Below are positions 39,284-58,638 of a DNA stretch of 64,000 nt, one piece after another. The position numbers and the translations under genes were made by a program. The DNA is from the human T2T-CHM13v2.0 reference genome, Homo sapiens. Each line of letters begins with the position of its first letter. The first letter of the stretch is position 1. The stretch lies in the NCBI RefSeq assembly GCF_009914755.1, contig NC_060948.1. One strand, given 5' to 3'. A model generated the notes under the pieces. It was not told the origin of the DNA and did not search any database. It was given only the letters and a program-made list of their open reading frames with translations.

Positions 39284-41387
39284 AGATCCGTATTTTTTAA
39301 ATGAAAAAAAATTTCAAAGGTACTCTGCTTGGTACAATAATCAAATGTATAAACTGAGGAATAAAACATAACCATGAAACCTACTTATAACTGCATATGG
39401 AAAATACAGAGGATAATTTTTTAAATAACATATTTTGAAAGCCTTAACTAGTAATTTGAAGAGTTGGCATTTGAAAGGCCAGTATGAATATACCTTCAAA
39501 GCAGCAACACAGGTTCCCCATGAGAAAAAGCAAACACAGGGAAAATAAAAACACAAAGGTTCAATCTCTTCTGACCTTTGAAAGACACAGCACAGACAGT
39601 GGTCCTTAGGACGAAGAGCAGGAGACCCCTAATTCCGTCACCATGGCGATAGGGCATAAACATTGCTGGGTGAGGGCACAATCCACATTGTGAGGTCCAA
39701 CTGCTGCCAGGAAGACAGGAGTGCTTTTACATAGACCGAAAGGTCATTGAAGGCTCAGAGTTTTGTTTCAAGAACTGAATCCCAAGCCCACACGTTATTA
39801 GGCTGCGCTTCTTAAAACAAGTGATGAGATGGGAAAAAGGGCACCCACAAACATACGTATACATTATGTATATAATAATATACAGTATCATATATATAAT
39901 ATATATAACCTATGTATAATATTGTTTTACATCCTGCATCTTATGTTATATATATTGTGTAAAATATAATAATTGATAATATATAAGTTTTATAATTATA
40001 CAATATGACATATAGTATATATTATAATTTATGACATATATAATATATGTTATATATCATATATAGAATATATTATACGGTTAATATACGTATTAAATGT
40101 AAATTATACCTTATATATATTATATATAATATAACTGTTATATATAATACCCATTATGCATAATATATATATTATGTCTATGTTATATATAGTATAAAAC
40201 AACATATAATAATATATAATTGTATATATAAAATGCGACATATAATATATATTATATTTTATAACATATGTAATATATATTATATATTATATATAATACG
40301 TTGTATGTATAATACCTATATTAAATATATATTATATGACTATGTTATTAATTACATGTCACATGTGTTATATATTATATATTTTACATAGAATATACCG
40401 GTTACATACAATATATACTATGTTACCTATAATGTATAATTGATTACATGTAAAATAAAGAATGCAATATATTATGTATAATTTATAATATACAATATGT
40501 GGAATGTGATATATGTAACATATAATATATGATATATGATATACAGTATATGATATATAACATACAATATATGATTCCTAATATATATGGTATACAATAT
40601 ATATTTTATGATATGTATTCTATATGTTTTATATTCTGTTATATATAACTATTTGAAATTATATATAACTGTATATTTTATGTAAATATGTAATATAATA
40701 TATATAACTATATAATATATTATATATAACTATATATTATGTTATGTATACTTTTATAACATAATTTACATAAAATATCATAATATAATATATATTATAT
40801 TATTTCATATTACATAATATATATTACATATCACCCAATATAACTAACATACATAATATTATAATATAGATTATATTATGTTATATTAAATATCATATAT
40901 ATCATGTATCATATATTCTATAATATATATTACACATTATATAATATGTATGTTGTCTATTATGTGATATATATAACTATATATATAATTATAGTTTTAT
41001 ACATATAACTAGATAAACATGTAATTCTACATATTTTCATTTATAATATGTAGAATTATATAATCATACATAATTATTTATATTCTATAAAAAATTTTAT
41101 CATTATATAAATTATAATATATAAAAATTATAATAGGTACTACAAATATATATATATTATATATCATATATGATATAGTACCTTTGTTATATATCATAAT
41201 ACATATAAATGTGTATTATGTTATCTATAATTATATAATTTCATATATAAGGTGTATAATATGTATCATATATTATATATGTTATGTAATATATATAGTA
41301 TATATAAGATGACACAGGATAAATATTATATACTATGACATATAAAATATATGAGGTTATATGTTACATATAAGGCATAGCACATAA

Positions 41388-41702
<315 letters not shown>

Positions 41703-43807
41703 AGATCCGTATTTTTTAAATGAAAAAAAATTTCAAAGGTACTCTGCTTGGTACAATAATCAAATGCATAAACTGAGGAATAAAACATAACCATGAAACC
41801 TACTTATAACTGCATATGGAAAATACAGAGGATAATTTTTTAAATAACATATTTTGAAAGCCTTAACTAGTAATTTGAAGAGTTGGCATTTGAAAGGCCA
41901 GTATGAATATACCTTCAAAGCAGCAACACAGGTTACCCATGAGAAAAAGCAAACACAGGGAAAATAAAAACACAAAGGTTCAATCTCTTCTGACCTTTGA
42001 AAGACACAGCACAGACAGTGGTCCTTAGGACGAAGAGCAGGAGACCCCTAATTCCGTCACCATGGCGATAGGGCATAAACATTGTTGGGTGAGGGCACAA
42101 TCCACATTGTGAGGTCCAACTGCTGCCAGGAAGACAGGAGTGCTTTTACATAGACCGAAAGGTCATTGAAGGCTCAGAGTTTTGTTTCAAGAACTGAATC
42201 CCAAGCCCACACGTTATTAGGCTGCGCTTCTTAAAACAAGTGATGAGATGGGAAAAAGGGCACCCACAAACATACGTATACATTATGTATATAATAATAT
42301 ACAGTATCATATATATAATATATATAACCTATGTATAATATTGTTTTACATCCTGCATCTTATGTTGTATATATTGTGTAAAATATAATAATTGATAATA
42401 TATAAGTTTTATAATTATACAATATGACATATAGTATATATTATAATTTATGACATATATAATATATGTTATATATCATATATAGAATATATTATACGGT
42501 TAATATACGTATTAAATGTAAATTATACCTTATATATATTATATATAATATAACTGTTATATATAATACCCATTATGCATAATATATATATTATGTCTAT
42601 GTTATATATAGTATAAAACAACATATAATAATAAATAATTGTATATATAAAATGCGACATATAATATATATTATATTTTATAACATATGTAATATATATT
42701 ATATATTATATATAATACGTTGTATGTATAATACCTATATTAAATATATATTATATGACTATGTTATTAATTACATGTCACATGTGTTATATATTATATA
42801 TTTTACATAGAATATACCGGTTACATACAATATATACTATGTTACCTATAATGTATAATTGATTACATGTAAAATAAAGAATGCAATATATTATGTATAA
42901 TTTATAATATACAATATGTGGAATGTGATATATGTAACATATAATTTATGATATATGATATACAGTATATGATATATAACATACAATATATGATTCCTAA
43001 TATATATGGTATACAATATATATTTTATGATATGTATTCTATATGTTTTATATTCTGTTATATATAACTATTTGAAATTATATATAACTGTATAATATTT
43101 TATGTAAATATGTAATATAATATATATAACTATATAATATATTATATATAACTATATATTATGTTATGTATACTTTTATAACATAATTTACATAAAATAT
43201 CATAATATAATATATATTATATTATTTCATATTACATAATATATATTACATATCACCCAATATAACTAACATACATAATATTATAATATAGATTATATTA
43301 TGTTATATTAAATATCATATATATCATGTATCATATATTCTATAATATATATTACACATTATATAATATGTATGTTGTCTATTATGTGATATATATAACT
43401 ATATATATAATTATATTTTTATACATATAACTAGATAACCATGTAATTCTACATATTTTCATTTATAATATGTAGAATTATATAATCATATATAATTATT
43501 TATATTCTATAAAAAATTTTATCATTATATAAATTATAATATATAAAAATTATAATATGTACTACAAATATATATATTATATATCATATATGACATAGTA
43601 CCTTTGTTATATATCATAATACATATAAATGTGTATTATGTTATCTATAATTATATAATTTCATATATAAAGTGTATAATATGTATCATATATTATATAT
43701 GTTATGTAATATATATAGTATATATAAGATGACACAGGATAAATATTATATACTATGACATATAAAATATATGAGGTTATATGTTACATATAAGGCATAG
43801 CACATAA

Positions 43808-44122
<315 letters not shown>

Positions 44123-46227
44123 AGATCCATATTTTTTAAATGAAAAAAAATTTCAAAGGTACTCTGCTTGGTACAATAATCAAATGTATAAACTGAGGAA
44201 TAAAACATAACCATGAAACCTACTTATAACTGCATATGGAAAATACAGAGGATAATTTTTTAAATAACATATTTTGAAAGCCTTAACTAGTAATTTGAAG
44301 AGTTGGCATTTGAAAGGCCAGTATGAATATACCTTCAAAGCAGCAACACAGGTTCCCCATGAGAAAAAGCAAACACAGGGAAAATAAAAACACAAAGGTT
44401 CAATCTCTTCTGACCTTTGAAAGACACAGCACAGACAGTGGTCCTTAGGACGAAGAGCAGGAGACCCCTAATTCCGTCACCATGGCGATAGGGCATAAAC
44501 ATTGCTGGGTGAGGGCACAATCCACATTGTGAGGTCCAACTGCTGCCAGGAAGACAGGAGTGCTTTTACATAGACCGAAAGGTCATTGAAGGCTCAGAGT
44601 TTTCTTTCAAGAACTGAATCCCAAGCCCACACGTTATTAGGCTGCGCTTCTTAAAACAAGTGATGAGATGGGAAAAAGGGCACCCACAAACATACGTATA
44701 CATTATGTATATAATAATATACAGTATCATATATATAATATATATAACCTATGTATAATATTGTTTTACATCCTGCATCTTATGTTATATATATTGTATA
44801 AAATATAATAATTGATAATATATAAGTTTTATAATTATACAATATGACATATAGTATATATTATAATTTATGACATATATAATATATGTTATATATCATA
44901 TATAGAATATATTATACGGTTAATATACGTATTAAATGTAAATTATACCTTATATATATTATATATAATATAACTGTTATATATAATACCCATTATGCAT
45001 AATATATATATTATGTCTATGTTATATATAGTATAAAACAACATATAATAATATATAATTGTATATATAAAATGCGACATAGAATATATATTATATTTTA
45101 TAACATATGTAATATATATTATATATTATATATAATACGTTGTATGTATAATACCTATATTAAATATATATTATATGACTATGTTATTAATTACATGTCA
45201 CATGTGTTATATATTATATATTTTACATAGAATATACCGGTTACATACAATATATACTATGTTACCTATAATGTATAATTTATTACATGTAAAATAAAGA
45301 ATGCAATATATTATGTAAAATTTATAATATACAATATGTGGAATGTGATATATGTAACATATAATATATGATATATGATATACAGTATATGATATATAAC
45401 ATACAATATATGATTCCTAATATATATGGTATACAATATATATTTTATGATATGTATTCTATATGTTTTATATTCTGTTATATATAACTATTTGAAATTA
45501 TATATAACTGTATAATATTTTATGTAAATATGTAATATAATATATATAACTATATAATATATTATATATAACTATATATTATGTTATGTATACTTTTATA
45601 ACATAATTTACATAAAATATCATAATATAATATATATTATATTATTTCATATTACATAATATATATTACATATCACCCAATATAACTAACATACATAATA
45701 TTATAATATAGATTATATTATGTTATATTAAATATCATATATATCATGTATCATATATTCTATAATATATATTACACATTATATAATATGTATGTTGTCT
45801 ATTATGTGATATATATAACTCTATATATAATTGTAGTTTTATACATATAACTAGATAAACATGTAATTCTACATATTTTCATTTATAATATGTAGAATTA
45901 TATAATCATATATAATTCTTTATATTCTATAAAAAATTTTATCATTATATAAATTATAATATATAAAAATTATAATATGTACTACAAATATATATATTAT
46001 ATATCATATATGATATAGTACCTTTGTTATATATCATAATACATATAAATGTGTATTATGTTATCTATAATTATATAATTTCATATATAAGGTGTATAAT
46101 ATGTATCATATATTATATATGTTATGTAATATATATAGTATATATAAGATGACACAGGATAAATATTATATACTATGACATATAAAATATATGAGGTTAT
46201 ATGTTACATATAAGGCATAGCACATAA

Positions 46228-46542
<315 letters not shown>

Positions 46543-48645
46543 AGATCCATATTTTTTAAATGAAAAAAAATTTCAAAGGTACTCTGCTTGGTACAATAAT
46601 CAAATGTATAAACTGAGGATTAAAACATAACCATGAAACCTACTTATAACTGCATATGGAAAATACAGAGGATAATTTTTTAAATAACATATTTTGAAAG
46701 CCTTAACTAGTAATTTGAAGAGTTGGCATTTGAAAGGCCAGTATGAATATACCTTCAAAGCAGCAACACAGGTTCCCCATGAGAAAAAGCAAACACAGGG
46801 AAAATAAAAACACAAAGGTTCAATCTCTTCTGACCTTTGAAAGACACAGCACAGACAGTGGTCCTTAGGACGAAGAGCAGGAGACCCCTAATTCCGTCAC
46901 CATGGCGATAGGGCATAAACATTGCTGGGTGAGGGCACAATCCACATTGTGAGGTCCAACTGCTGCCAGGAAGACAGGAGTGCTTTTACATAGAACGAAA
47001 GGTCATTGAAGGCTCAGAGTTTTGTTTCAAGAACTGAATCCCAAGCCCACACGTTATTAGGCTGCGCTTCTTAAAACAAGTTATGAGATGGGAAAAAGGG
47101 CACCCACAAACATACGTATACATTATGTATATAATAATATACAGTATCATATATATAATATATATAACCTATGTATAATATTGTTTTACATCCTGCATCT
47201 TATGTTATATATATTGTATAAAATATAATAATTGATAATATATAAGTTTTATAATTATACAATATGACATATAGTATATATTATAATTTATGACATATAT
47301 AATATATGTTATATGTCATATATAGAATATAGTATACGGTTAATATACGTATTAAATATAAATTATACATTATATATATTATATATAATATATCTGTTAT
47401 ATATAATACCCATTATGCATAATATATATATTATGTCTATGTTATATATAGTATAAAACAACATATAATAATATATAATTGTATATATAAAATGCGACAT
47501 ATAATATATATTATATTTTATAACATATGTAATATATATTATATATTATATATAATACGTTGTATGTATAATACCTATATTAAATATATATTATATGACT
47601 ATGTTATTAATTACATGTCACATGTGTTATATATTATATATTTTACATAGAATATACCGGTTACATACAATATATACTATGTTACCTATAATGTATAATT
47701 TATTACATGTAAAATAAAGAATGCAATATATTATGTATAATTTATAATATACAATATGTGGAATGTGATATATATAACATATAATATATGATATATGATA
47801 TACAGTATATGATATATAACATACAATATATGATTCCTAATATATATGGTATACAATATATATTTTATGATATGTATTCTATATGTTTTATATTCTGTTA
47901 TATATAACTATTTGAAATTATATATAACTGTATAATATTTTATGTAAATATGTAATATAATATATATAACTATATAATATATTATATATAACTATATATT
48001 ATGTTATGTATACTTTTATAACATAATTTACATAAAATATCATAATATAATATATATTATATTATTTCATATTACATAATATATATTACATATCACCCAA
48101 TATAACTAACATACATAATATTATAATATAGATTATATTATGTTATATTAAATATCATATATATCATGTATCATATATTCTATAATATATATTACACATT
48201 ATATAATATGTATGCTGTCTATTATGTGATATATATAACTATATATAATTATATTTTTATACATATAACTAGATAAACATGTAATTCTACATATTTTCAT
48301 TTATAATATGTAGAATTATATAATCATATATAATTATTTATATTCTATAAAAAATTTTATCATTATATAAATTATAATATATAAAAATTATAATATGTAC
48401 TACAAATATATATATTATATATCATATATGATATAGTACCTTTGTTATATATCATAATACATATAAATGTGTATTATGTTATCTATAATTATATAATTTC
48501 ATATATAAGGTGTATAATATGTATCATATATTATATATGTTATGTAATATATATAGTATATATAAGATGACACAGGATAAATATTATATACTATGACATA
48601 TAAAATATATGAGGTTATATGTTACATATAAGGCATAGCACATAA

Positions 48646-48960
<315 letters not shown>

Positions 48961-51065
48961 AGATCCGTATTTTTTAAATGAAAAAAAATTTCAAAGGTAC
49001 TCTGCTTGGTACAATAATCAAATGTATAAACTGAGGAATAAAACATAACCATGAAACCTACTTATAACTGCATATGGAAAATACAGAGGATAATTTTTTA
49101 AATAACATATTTTGAAAGCCTTAACTAGTAATTTGAAGAGTTGGCATTTGAAAGGCCAGTATGAATATACCTTCAAAGCAGCAACACAGGTTCCCCATGA
49201 GAAAAAGCAAACACAGGGAAAATAAAAACACAAAGGTTCAATCTCTTCTGACCTTTGAAAGACACAGCACAGACAGTGGTCCTTAGGACGAAGAGCAGGA
49301 GACCCCTAATTCCGTCACCATGGCGATAGGGCATAAACATTGCTGGGTGAGGGCACAATCCACATTGTGAGGTCCAACTGCTGCCAGGAAGACAGGAGTG
49401 CTTTTACATAGACCGAAAGGTCATTGAAGGCTCAGAGTTTTGTTTCAAGAACTGAATCCCAAGCCCACACGTTATTAGGCTGCGCTTCTTAAAACAAGTG
49501 ATGAGATGGGAAAAAGGGCACCCACAAACATACGTATACATTATGTATATAATAATATACAGTATCATATATATAATATATATAACCTATGTATAATATT
49601 GTTTTACATCCTGCATCTTATGTTATATATATTGTATAAAATATAATAATTGATAATATATAAGTTTTATAATTATACAATATGACATATAGTATATATT
49701 ATAATTTATGACATATATAATATATGTTATATATCATATATAGAATATATTATACGGTTAATATACGTATTAAATGTAAATTATACCTTATATATATTAT
49801 ATATAATATAACTGTTATATATAATACCCATTATGCATAATATATATATTATGTCTATGTTATATATAGTATAAAACAACATATAATAATATATAATTGT
49901 ATATATTAAATGGGACATATAATATATATTATATTTTATAACATATGTAATATATATTATATATTATATATAATACGTTGTATGTATAATACCTATATTA
50001 AATATATATTATATGACTATGTTATTAATTACATGTCACATGTGTTATATATTATATATTTTACATAGAATATACCGGTTACATACAATATATACTATGT
50101 TACCTATAATGTATAATTTATTACAAGTAAAATAAAGAATGCAATATATTATGTATAATTTATAATATACAATATGTGGAATGTGATATATGTAACATAT
50201 AATATATGATATATGATATACAGTATATGATATATAACATACAATATATGATTCCTAATATATATGGTATACAATATATATTTTATGATATGTATTCTAT
50301 ATGTTTTATATTCTGTTATATATAACTATTTGAAATTATATATAACTGTATAATATTTTATGTAAATATGTAATATAATATATATAACTATATAATATAT
50401 TATATATAACTATATATTATGTTATGTATACTTTTATAACATAATTTACATAAAATATCATAATATAATATATATTATATTATTTCATATTACATAATAT
50501 ATATTACATATCACCCAATATAACTAACATACATAATATTATAATATAGATTATATTATGTTATATTAAATATCATATATATCATGTATCATATATTCTA
50601 TAATATATATTACACATTATATAATATGTATGCTGTCTATTATGTGATATATATAACTATATATATAATTATATTTTTATACATATAACTAGATAAACAT
50701 GTAATTCTACATATTTTCATTTATAATATGTAGAATTATATAATCATATATAATTATTTATATTCTATAAAAAATTTTATCATTATATAAATTATAATAT
50801 ATAAAAATTATAATATGTACTACAAATATATATATTATATATCATATATGATATAGTACCTTTGTTATATATCATAATACATATAAATGTGTATTATGTT
50901 ATCTATAATTATATAATTTCATATATAAGGTGTATAATATGTATCATATATTATATATGTTATGTAATATATATAGTATATATAAGATGACACAGGATAA
51001 ATATTATATACTATGACATATAAAATATATGACGTTATATGTTACATATAAGGCATAGCACATAA

Positions 51066-51380
<315 letters not shown>

Positions 51381-53485
51381 AGATCCGTATTTTTTAAATG
51401 AAAAAAAATTTCAAAGGTACTCTGCTTGGTACAATAATCAAATGTATAAACTGAGGAATAAAACATAACCATGAAACCTACTTATAACTGCATATGGAAA
51501 ATACAGAGGATAATTTTTTAAATAACATATTTTGAAAGCCTTAACTAGTAATTTGAAGAGTTGGCATTTGAAAGGCCAGTATGAATATACCTTCAAAGCA
51601 GCAACACAGGTTCCCCATGAGAAAAAGCAAACACAGGGAAAATAAAAACACAAAGGTTCAATCTCTTCTGACCTTTGAAAGACACAGCACAGACAGTGGT
51701 CCTTAGGACGAAGAGCAGGAGACCCCTAATTCCGTCACCATGGCGATAGGGCATAAACATTGCTGGGTGAGGGCACAATCCACATTGTGAGGTCCAACTG
51801 CTGCCAGGAAGACAGGAGTGCTTTTACATAGACCGAAAGGTCATTGAAGGCTCAGAGTTTTGTTTCAAGAACTGAATCCCAAGCCCACACGTTATTAGGC
51901 TGCGCTTCTTAAAACAAGTGATGAGATGGGAAAAAGGGCACCCACAAACATACGTATACATTATGTATATAATAATATACAGTATCATATATATAATATA
52001 TATAACCTATGTATAATATTGTTTTACATCCTGCATCTTATGTTATATATATTGTATAAAATATAATAATTGATAATATATAAGTTTTATAATTATACAA
52101 TATGACATATAGTATATATTATAATTTATGACATATATAATATATGTTATATATCATATATAGAATATATTATACGGTTAATATACGTATTAAATGTAAA
52201 TTATACCTTATATATATTATATATAATATAACTGTTATATATAATACCCATTATGCATAATATATATATTATGTCTATGTTATATATAGTATAAAACAAC
52301 ATATAATAATATATAATTGTATATATAAAATGCGACATATAATATATATTATATTTTATAACATATGTAATATATATTATATATTATATATAATACGTTG
52401 TATGTATAATACCTATATTAAATATATATTATATGACTATGTTATTAATTACATGTCACATGTGTTATATATTATATATTTTACATAGAATATACCGGTT
52501 ACATACAATATATACTATGTTACCTATAATGTATAATTTATTACATGTAAAATAAAGAATGCAATATATTATGTATAATTTATAATATACAATATGTGGA
52601 ATGTGATATATGTAACATATAATATATGATATATGATATACAGTATATGATATATAACATACAATATATGATTCCTAATATATATGGTATACAATATATA
52701 TTTTATGATATGTATTCTATATGTTTTATATTCTGTTATATATAACTATTTGAAATTATATATAACTGTATAATATTTTATGTAAATATGTAATATAATA
52801 TATATAACTATATAATATATTATATATAACTATATATTATGTTATGTATACTTTTATAACATAATTTACATAAAATATCATAATATAATATATATTATAT
52901 TATTTCATATTACATAATATATATTACATATCACCCAATATAACTAACATACATAATATTATAATATAGATTATATTATGTTATATTAAATATCATATAT
53001 ATCATGTATCATATATTCTATAATATATATTACACATTATATAATATGTATGCTGTCTATTATGTGATATATATAACTATATATATAATTATATTTTTAT
53101 ACATATAACTAGATAAACATGTAATTCTACATATTTTCATTTATAATATGTAGAATTATATAATCATATATAATTCTTTATATTCTATAAAAAATTTTAT
53201 CATTATATAAATTATAATATATAAAAATTATAATATGTACTACAAATATATATATTATATATCATATATGATATAGTACCTTTGTTATATATCATAATAC
53301 ATATAAATGTGTATTATGTTATCTATAATTATATAATTTCATATATAAGGTGTATAATATGTATCATATATTATATATGTTATGTAATATATATAGTATA
53401 TATAAGATGACACAGGATAAATATTATATACTATGACATATAAAATATATGAGGTTATATGTTACATATAAGGCATAGCACATAA

Positions 53486-53800
<315 letters not shown>

Positions 53801-55905
53801 AGATCCATATTTTTTAAATGAAAAAAAATTTCAAAGGTACTCTGCTTGGTACAATAATCAAATGTATAAACTGAGGAATAAAACATAACCATGAAACCTA
53901 CTTATAACTGCATATGGAAAATACAGAGGATAATTTTTTAAATAACATATTTTGAAAGCCTTAACTAGTAATTTGAAGAGTTGGCATTTGAAAGGCCAGT
54001 ATGAATATACCTTCAAAGCAGCAACACAGGTTCCCCATGAGAAAAAGCAAACACAGGGAAAATAAAAACACAAAGGTTCAATCTCTTCTGACCTTTGAAA
54101 GACACAGCACAGACAGTGGTCCTTAGGACGAAGAGCAGGAGACCCCTAATTCCGTCACCATGGCGATAGGGCATAAACATTGCTGGGTGAGGGCACAATC
54201 CACATTGTGAGGTCCAACTGCTGCCAGGAAGACAGGAGTGCTTTTACATAGACCGAAAGGTCATTGAAGGCTCAGAGTTTTGTTTCAAGAACTGAATCCC
54301 AAGCCCACACGTTATTAGGCTGCGCTTCTTAAAACAAGTGATGAGATGGGAAAAAGGGCACCCACAAACATACGTATACATTATGTATATAATAATATAC
54401 AGTATCATATATATAATATATATAACCTATGTATAATATTGTTTTACATCCTGCATCTTATGTTATATATATTGTATAAAATATAATAATTGATAATATA
54501 TAAGTTTTATAATTATACAATATGACATATAGTATATATTATAATTTATGACATATATAATATATGTTATATATCATATATAGAATATATTATACGGTTA
54601 ATATACGTATTAAATGTAAATTATACCTTATATATATTATATATAATATAACTGTTATATATAATACCCATTATGCATAATATATATATTATGTCTATGT
54701 TATATATAGTATAAAACAACATATAATAATATATAATTGTATATATAAAATGCGACATATAATATATATTATATTTTATAACATATGTAATATATATTAT
54801 ATATTATATATAATACGTTGTATGTATAATACCTATATTAAATATATATTATATGACTATGTTATTAATTACATGTCACATGTGTTATATATTATATATT
54901 TTACATAGAATATACCGGTTTCATACAATATATACTATGTTACCTATAATGTATAATTTATTACATGTAAAATAAAGAATGCAATATATTATGTATAATT
55001 TATAATATACAATATGTGGAATGTGATATATGTAACATATAATATATGATATATGATATACAGTATATGATATATAACATACAATATATGATTCCTAATA
55101 TATATGGTATACAATATATATTTTATGATATGTATTCTATATGTTTTATATTCTGTTATATATAACTATATGAAATTATATATAACTGTATAATATTTTA
55201 TGTAAATATGTAATATAATATATATAACTATATAATATATTATATATAACTATATATTATGTTATGTATACTTTTATAACATAATTTACATAAAATATCA
55301 TAATATAATATATATTATATTATTTCATATTACATAATATATATTACATATCACCCAATATAACTAACATACATAATATTATAATATAGATTATATTATG
55401 TTATATTAAATATCATATATATCATGTATCATATATTCTATAATATATATTACACATTATATAATATGTATGCTGTCTATTATGTGATATATATAACTAT
55501 ATATATAATTATATTTTTATACATATAACTAGATAAACATGTAATTCTACATATTTTCATTTATAATATGTAGAATTATATAATCATATATAATTCTTTA
55601 TATTCTATAAAAAATTTTATCATTATATAAATTATAATATATAAAAATTATAATATGTACTACAAATATATATATTATATATCATATATGATATAGTACC
55701 TTTGTTATATATCATAATACATATAAATGTGTATTATGTTATCTATAATTATATAATTTCATATATAAGGTGTATAATATGTATCATATATTATATATGT
55801 TATGTAATATATATAGTATATATAAGATGACACAGGATAAATATTATATACTATGACATATAAAATATATGAGGTTATATGTTACATATAAGGCATAGCA
55901 CATAA

Positions 55906-56220
<315 letters not shown>

Positions 56221-58323
56221 AGATCCATATTTTTTAAATGAAAAAAAATTTCAAAGGTACTCTGCTTGGTACAATAATCAAATGTATAAACTGAGGAATA
56301 AAACATAACCATGAAACCTACTTATAACTGCATATGGAAAATACAGAGGATAATTTTTTAAATAACATATTTTGAAAGCCTTAACTAGTAATTTGAAGAG
56401 TTGGCATTTGAAAGGCCAGTATGAATATACCTTCAAAGCAGCAACACAGGTTCCCCATGAGAAAAAGCAAACACAGGGAAAATAAAAACACAAAGGTTCA
56501 ATCTCTTCTGACCTTTGAAAGACACAGCACAGACAGTGGTCCTTAGGACGAAGAGCAGGAGACCCCTAATTCCGTCACCATGGCGATAGGGCATAAACAT
56601 TGCTGGGTGAGGGCACAATCCACATTGTGAGGTCCAACTGCTGCCAGGAAGACAGGAGTGCTTTTACATAGACCGAAAGGTCATTGAAGGCTCAGAGTTT
56701 TGTTTCAAGAACTGAATCCCAAGCCCACACGTTATTAGGCTGCGCTTCTTAAAACAAGTGATGAGATGGGAAAAAGGGCACCCACAAACATACGTATACA
56801 TTATGTATATAATAATATACAGTATCATATATATAATATATATAACCTATGTATAATATTGTTTTACATCCTGCATCTTATGTTATATATATTGTATAAA
56901 ATATAATAATTGATAATATATAAGTTTTATAATTATACAATATGACATATAGTATATATTATAATTTATGACATATATAATACATGTTATATATCATATA
57001 TAGAATATATTATACGGTTAATATACGTATTAAATGTAAATTATACCTTATATATATTATATATAATATAACTGTTATATATAATACCCATTATGCATAA
57101 TATATATATTATGTCTATGTTATATATAGTATAAAACAACATATAATAATATATAATTGTATATATAAAATGCGACATATAATATATATTATATTTTATA
57201 ACATATGTAATATATATTATATATTATATATAATACGTTGTATGTATAATACCTATATTAAATATATATTATATGACTATGTTATTAATTACATGTCACA
57301 TGTGTTATATATTATATATTTTACATAGAATATACCGGTTTCATACAATATATACTATGTTACCTATAATGTATAATTTATTACATGTAAAATAAAGAAT
57401 GCAATATATTATGTATAATTTATAATATACAATATGTGGAATGTGATATATGTAACATATAATATATGATATATGATATACAGTATATGATATATAACAT
57501 ACAATATATGATTCCTAATATATATGGTATACAATATATATTTTATGATATGTATTCTATATGTTTTATATTCTGTTATATATAACTATTTGAAATTATA
57601 TATAACTGTATAATATTTTATGTAAATATGTAATATAATATGTATAACTATATAATATATTATATATAACTATATATTATGTTATGTATACTTTTATAAC
57701 ATAATTTACATAAAATATCATAATATAATATATATTATATTATTTCATATTACATAATATATATTACATATCACCCAATATAACTAACATACATAATATT
57801 ATAAGATAGATTATATTATGTTATATTAAATATCATATATATCATGTATCATATATTCTATAATATATATTACACATTATATAATATGTATGCTGTCTAT
57901 TATGTGATATATATAACTATATATAATTATATTTTTATACATATAACTAGATAAACATGTAATTCTACATATTTTCATTTATAATATGTAGAATTATATA
58001 ATCATATATAATTATTTATATTCTATAAAAAATTGTATCATTCTATAAATTATAATATATAAAAATTATAATATGTACTACAAATATATATATTATATAT
58101 CATATATGATATAGTACCTTTGTTATATATCATAATACATATAAATGTGTATTATGTTATCTATAATTATATAATTTCATATATAAGATGTATAATATGT
58201 ATCATATATTATATATGTTATGTAATATATATAGTATATATAAGATGACACAGGATAAATATTATATACTATGACATATAAAATATATGAGGTTATATGT
58301 TACATATAAGGCATAGCACATAA

Positions 58324-58638
<315 letters not shown>

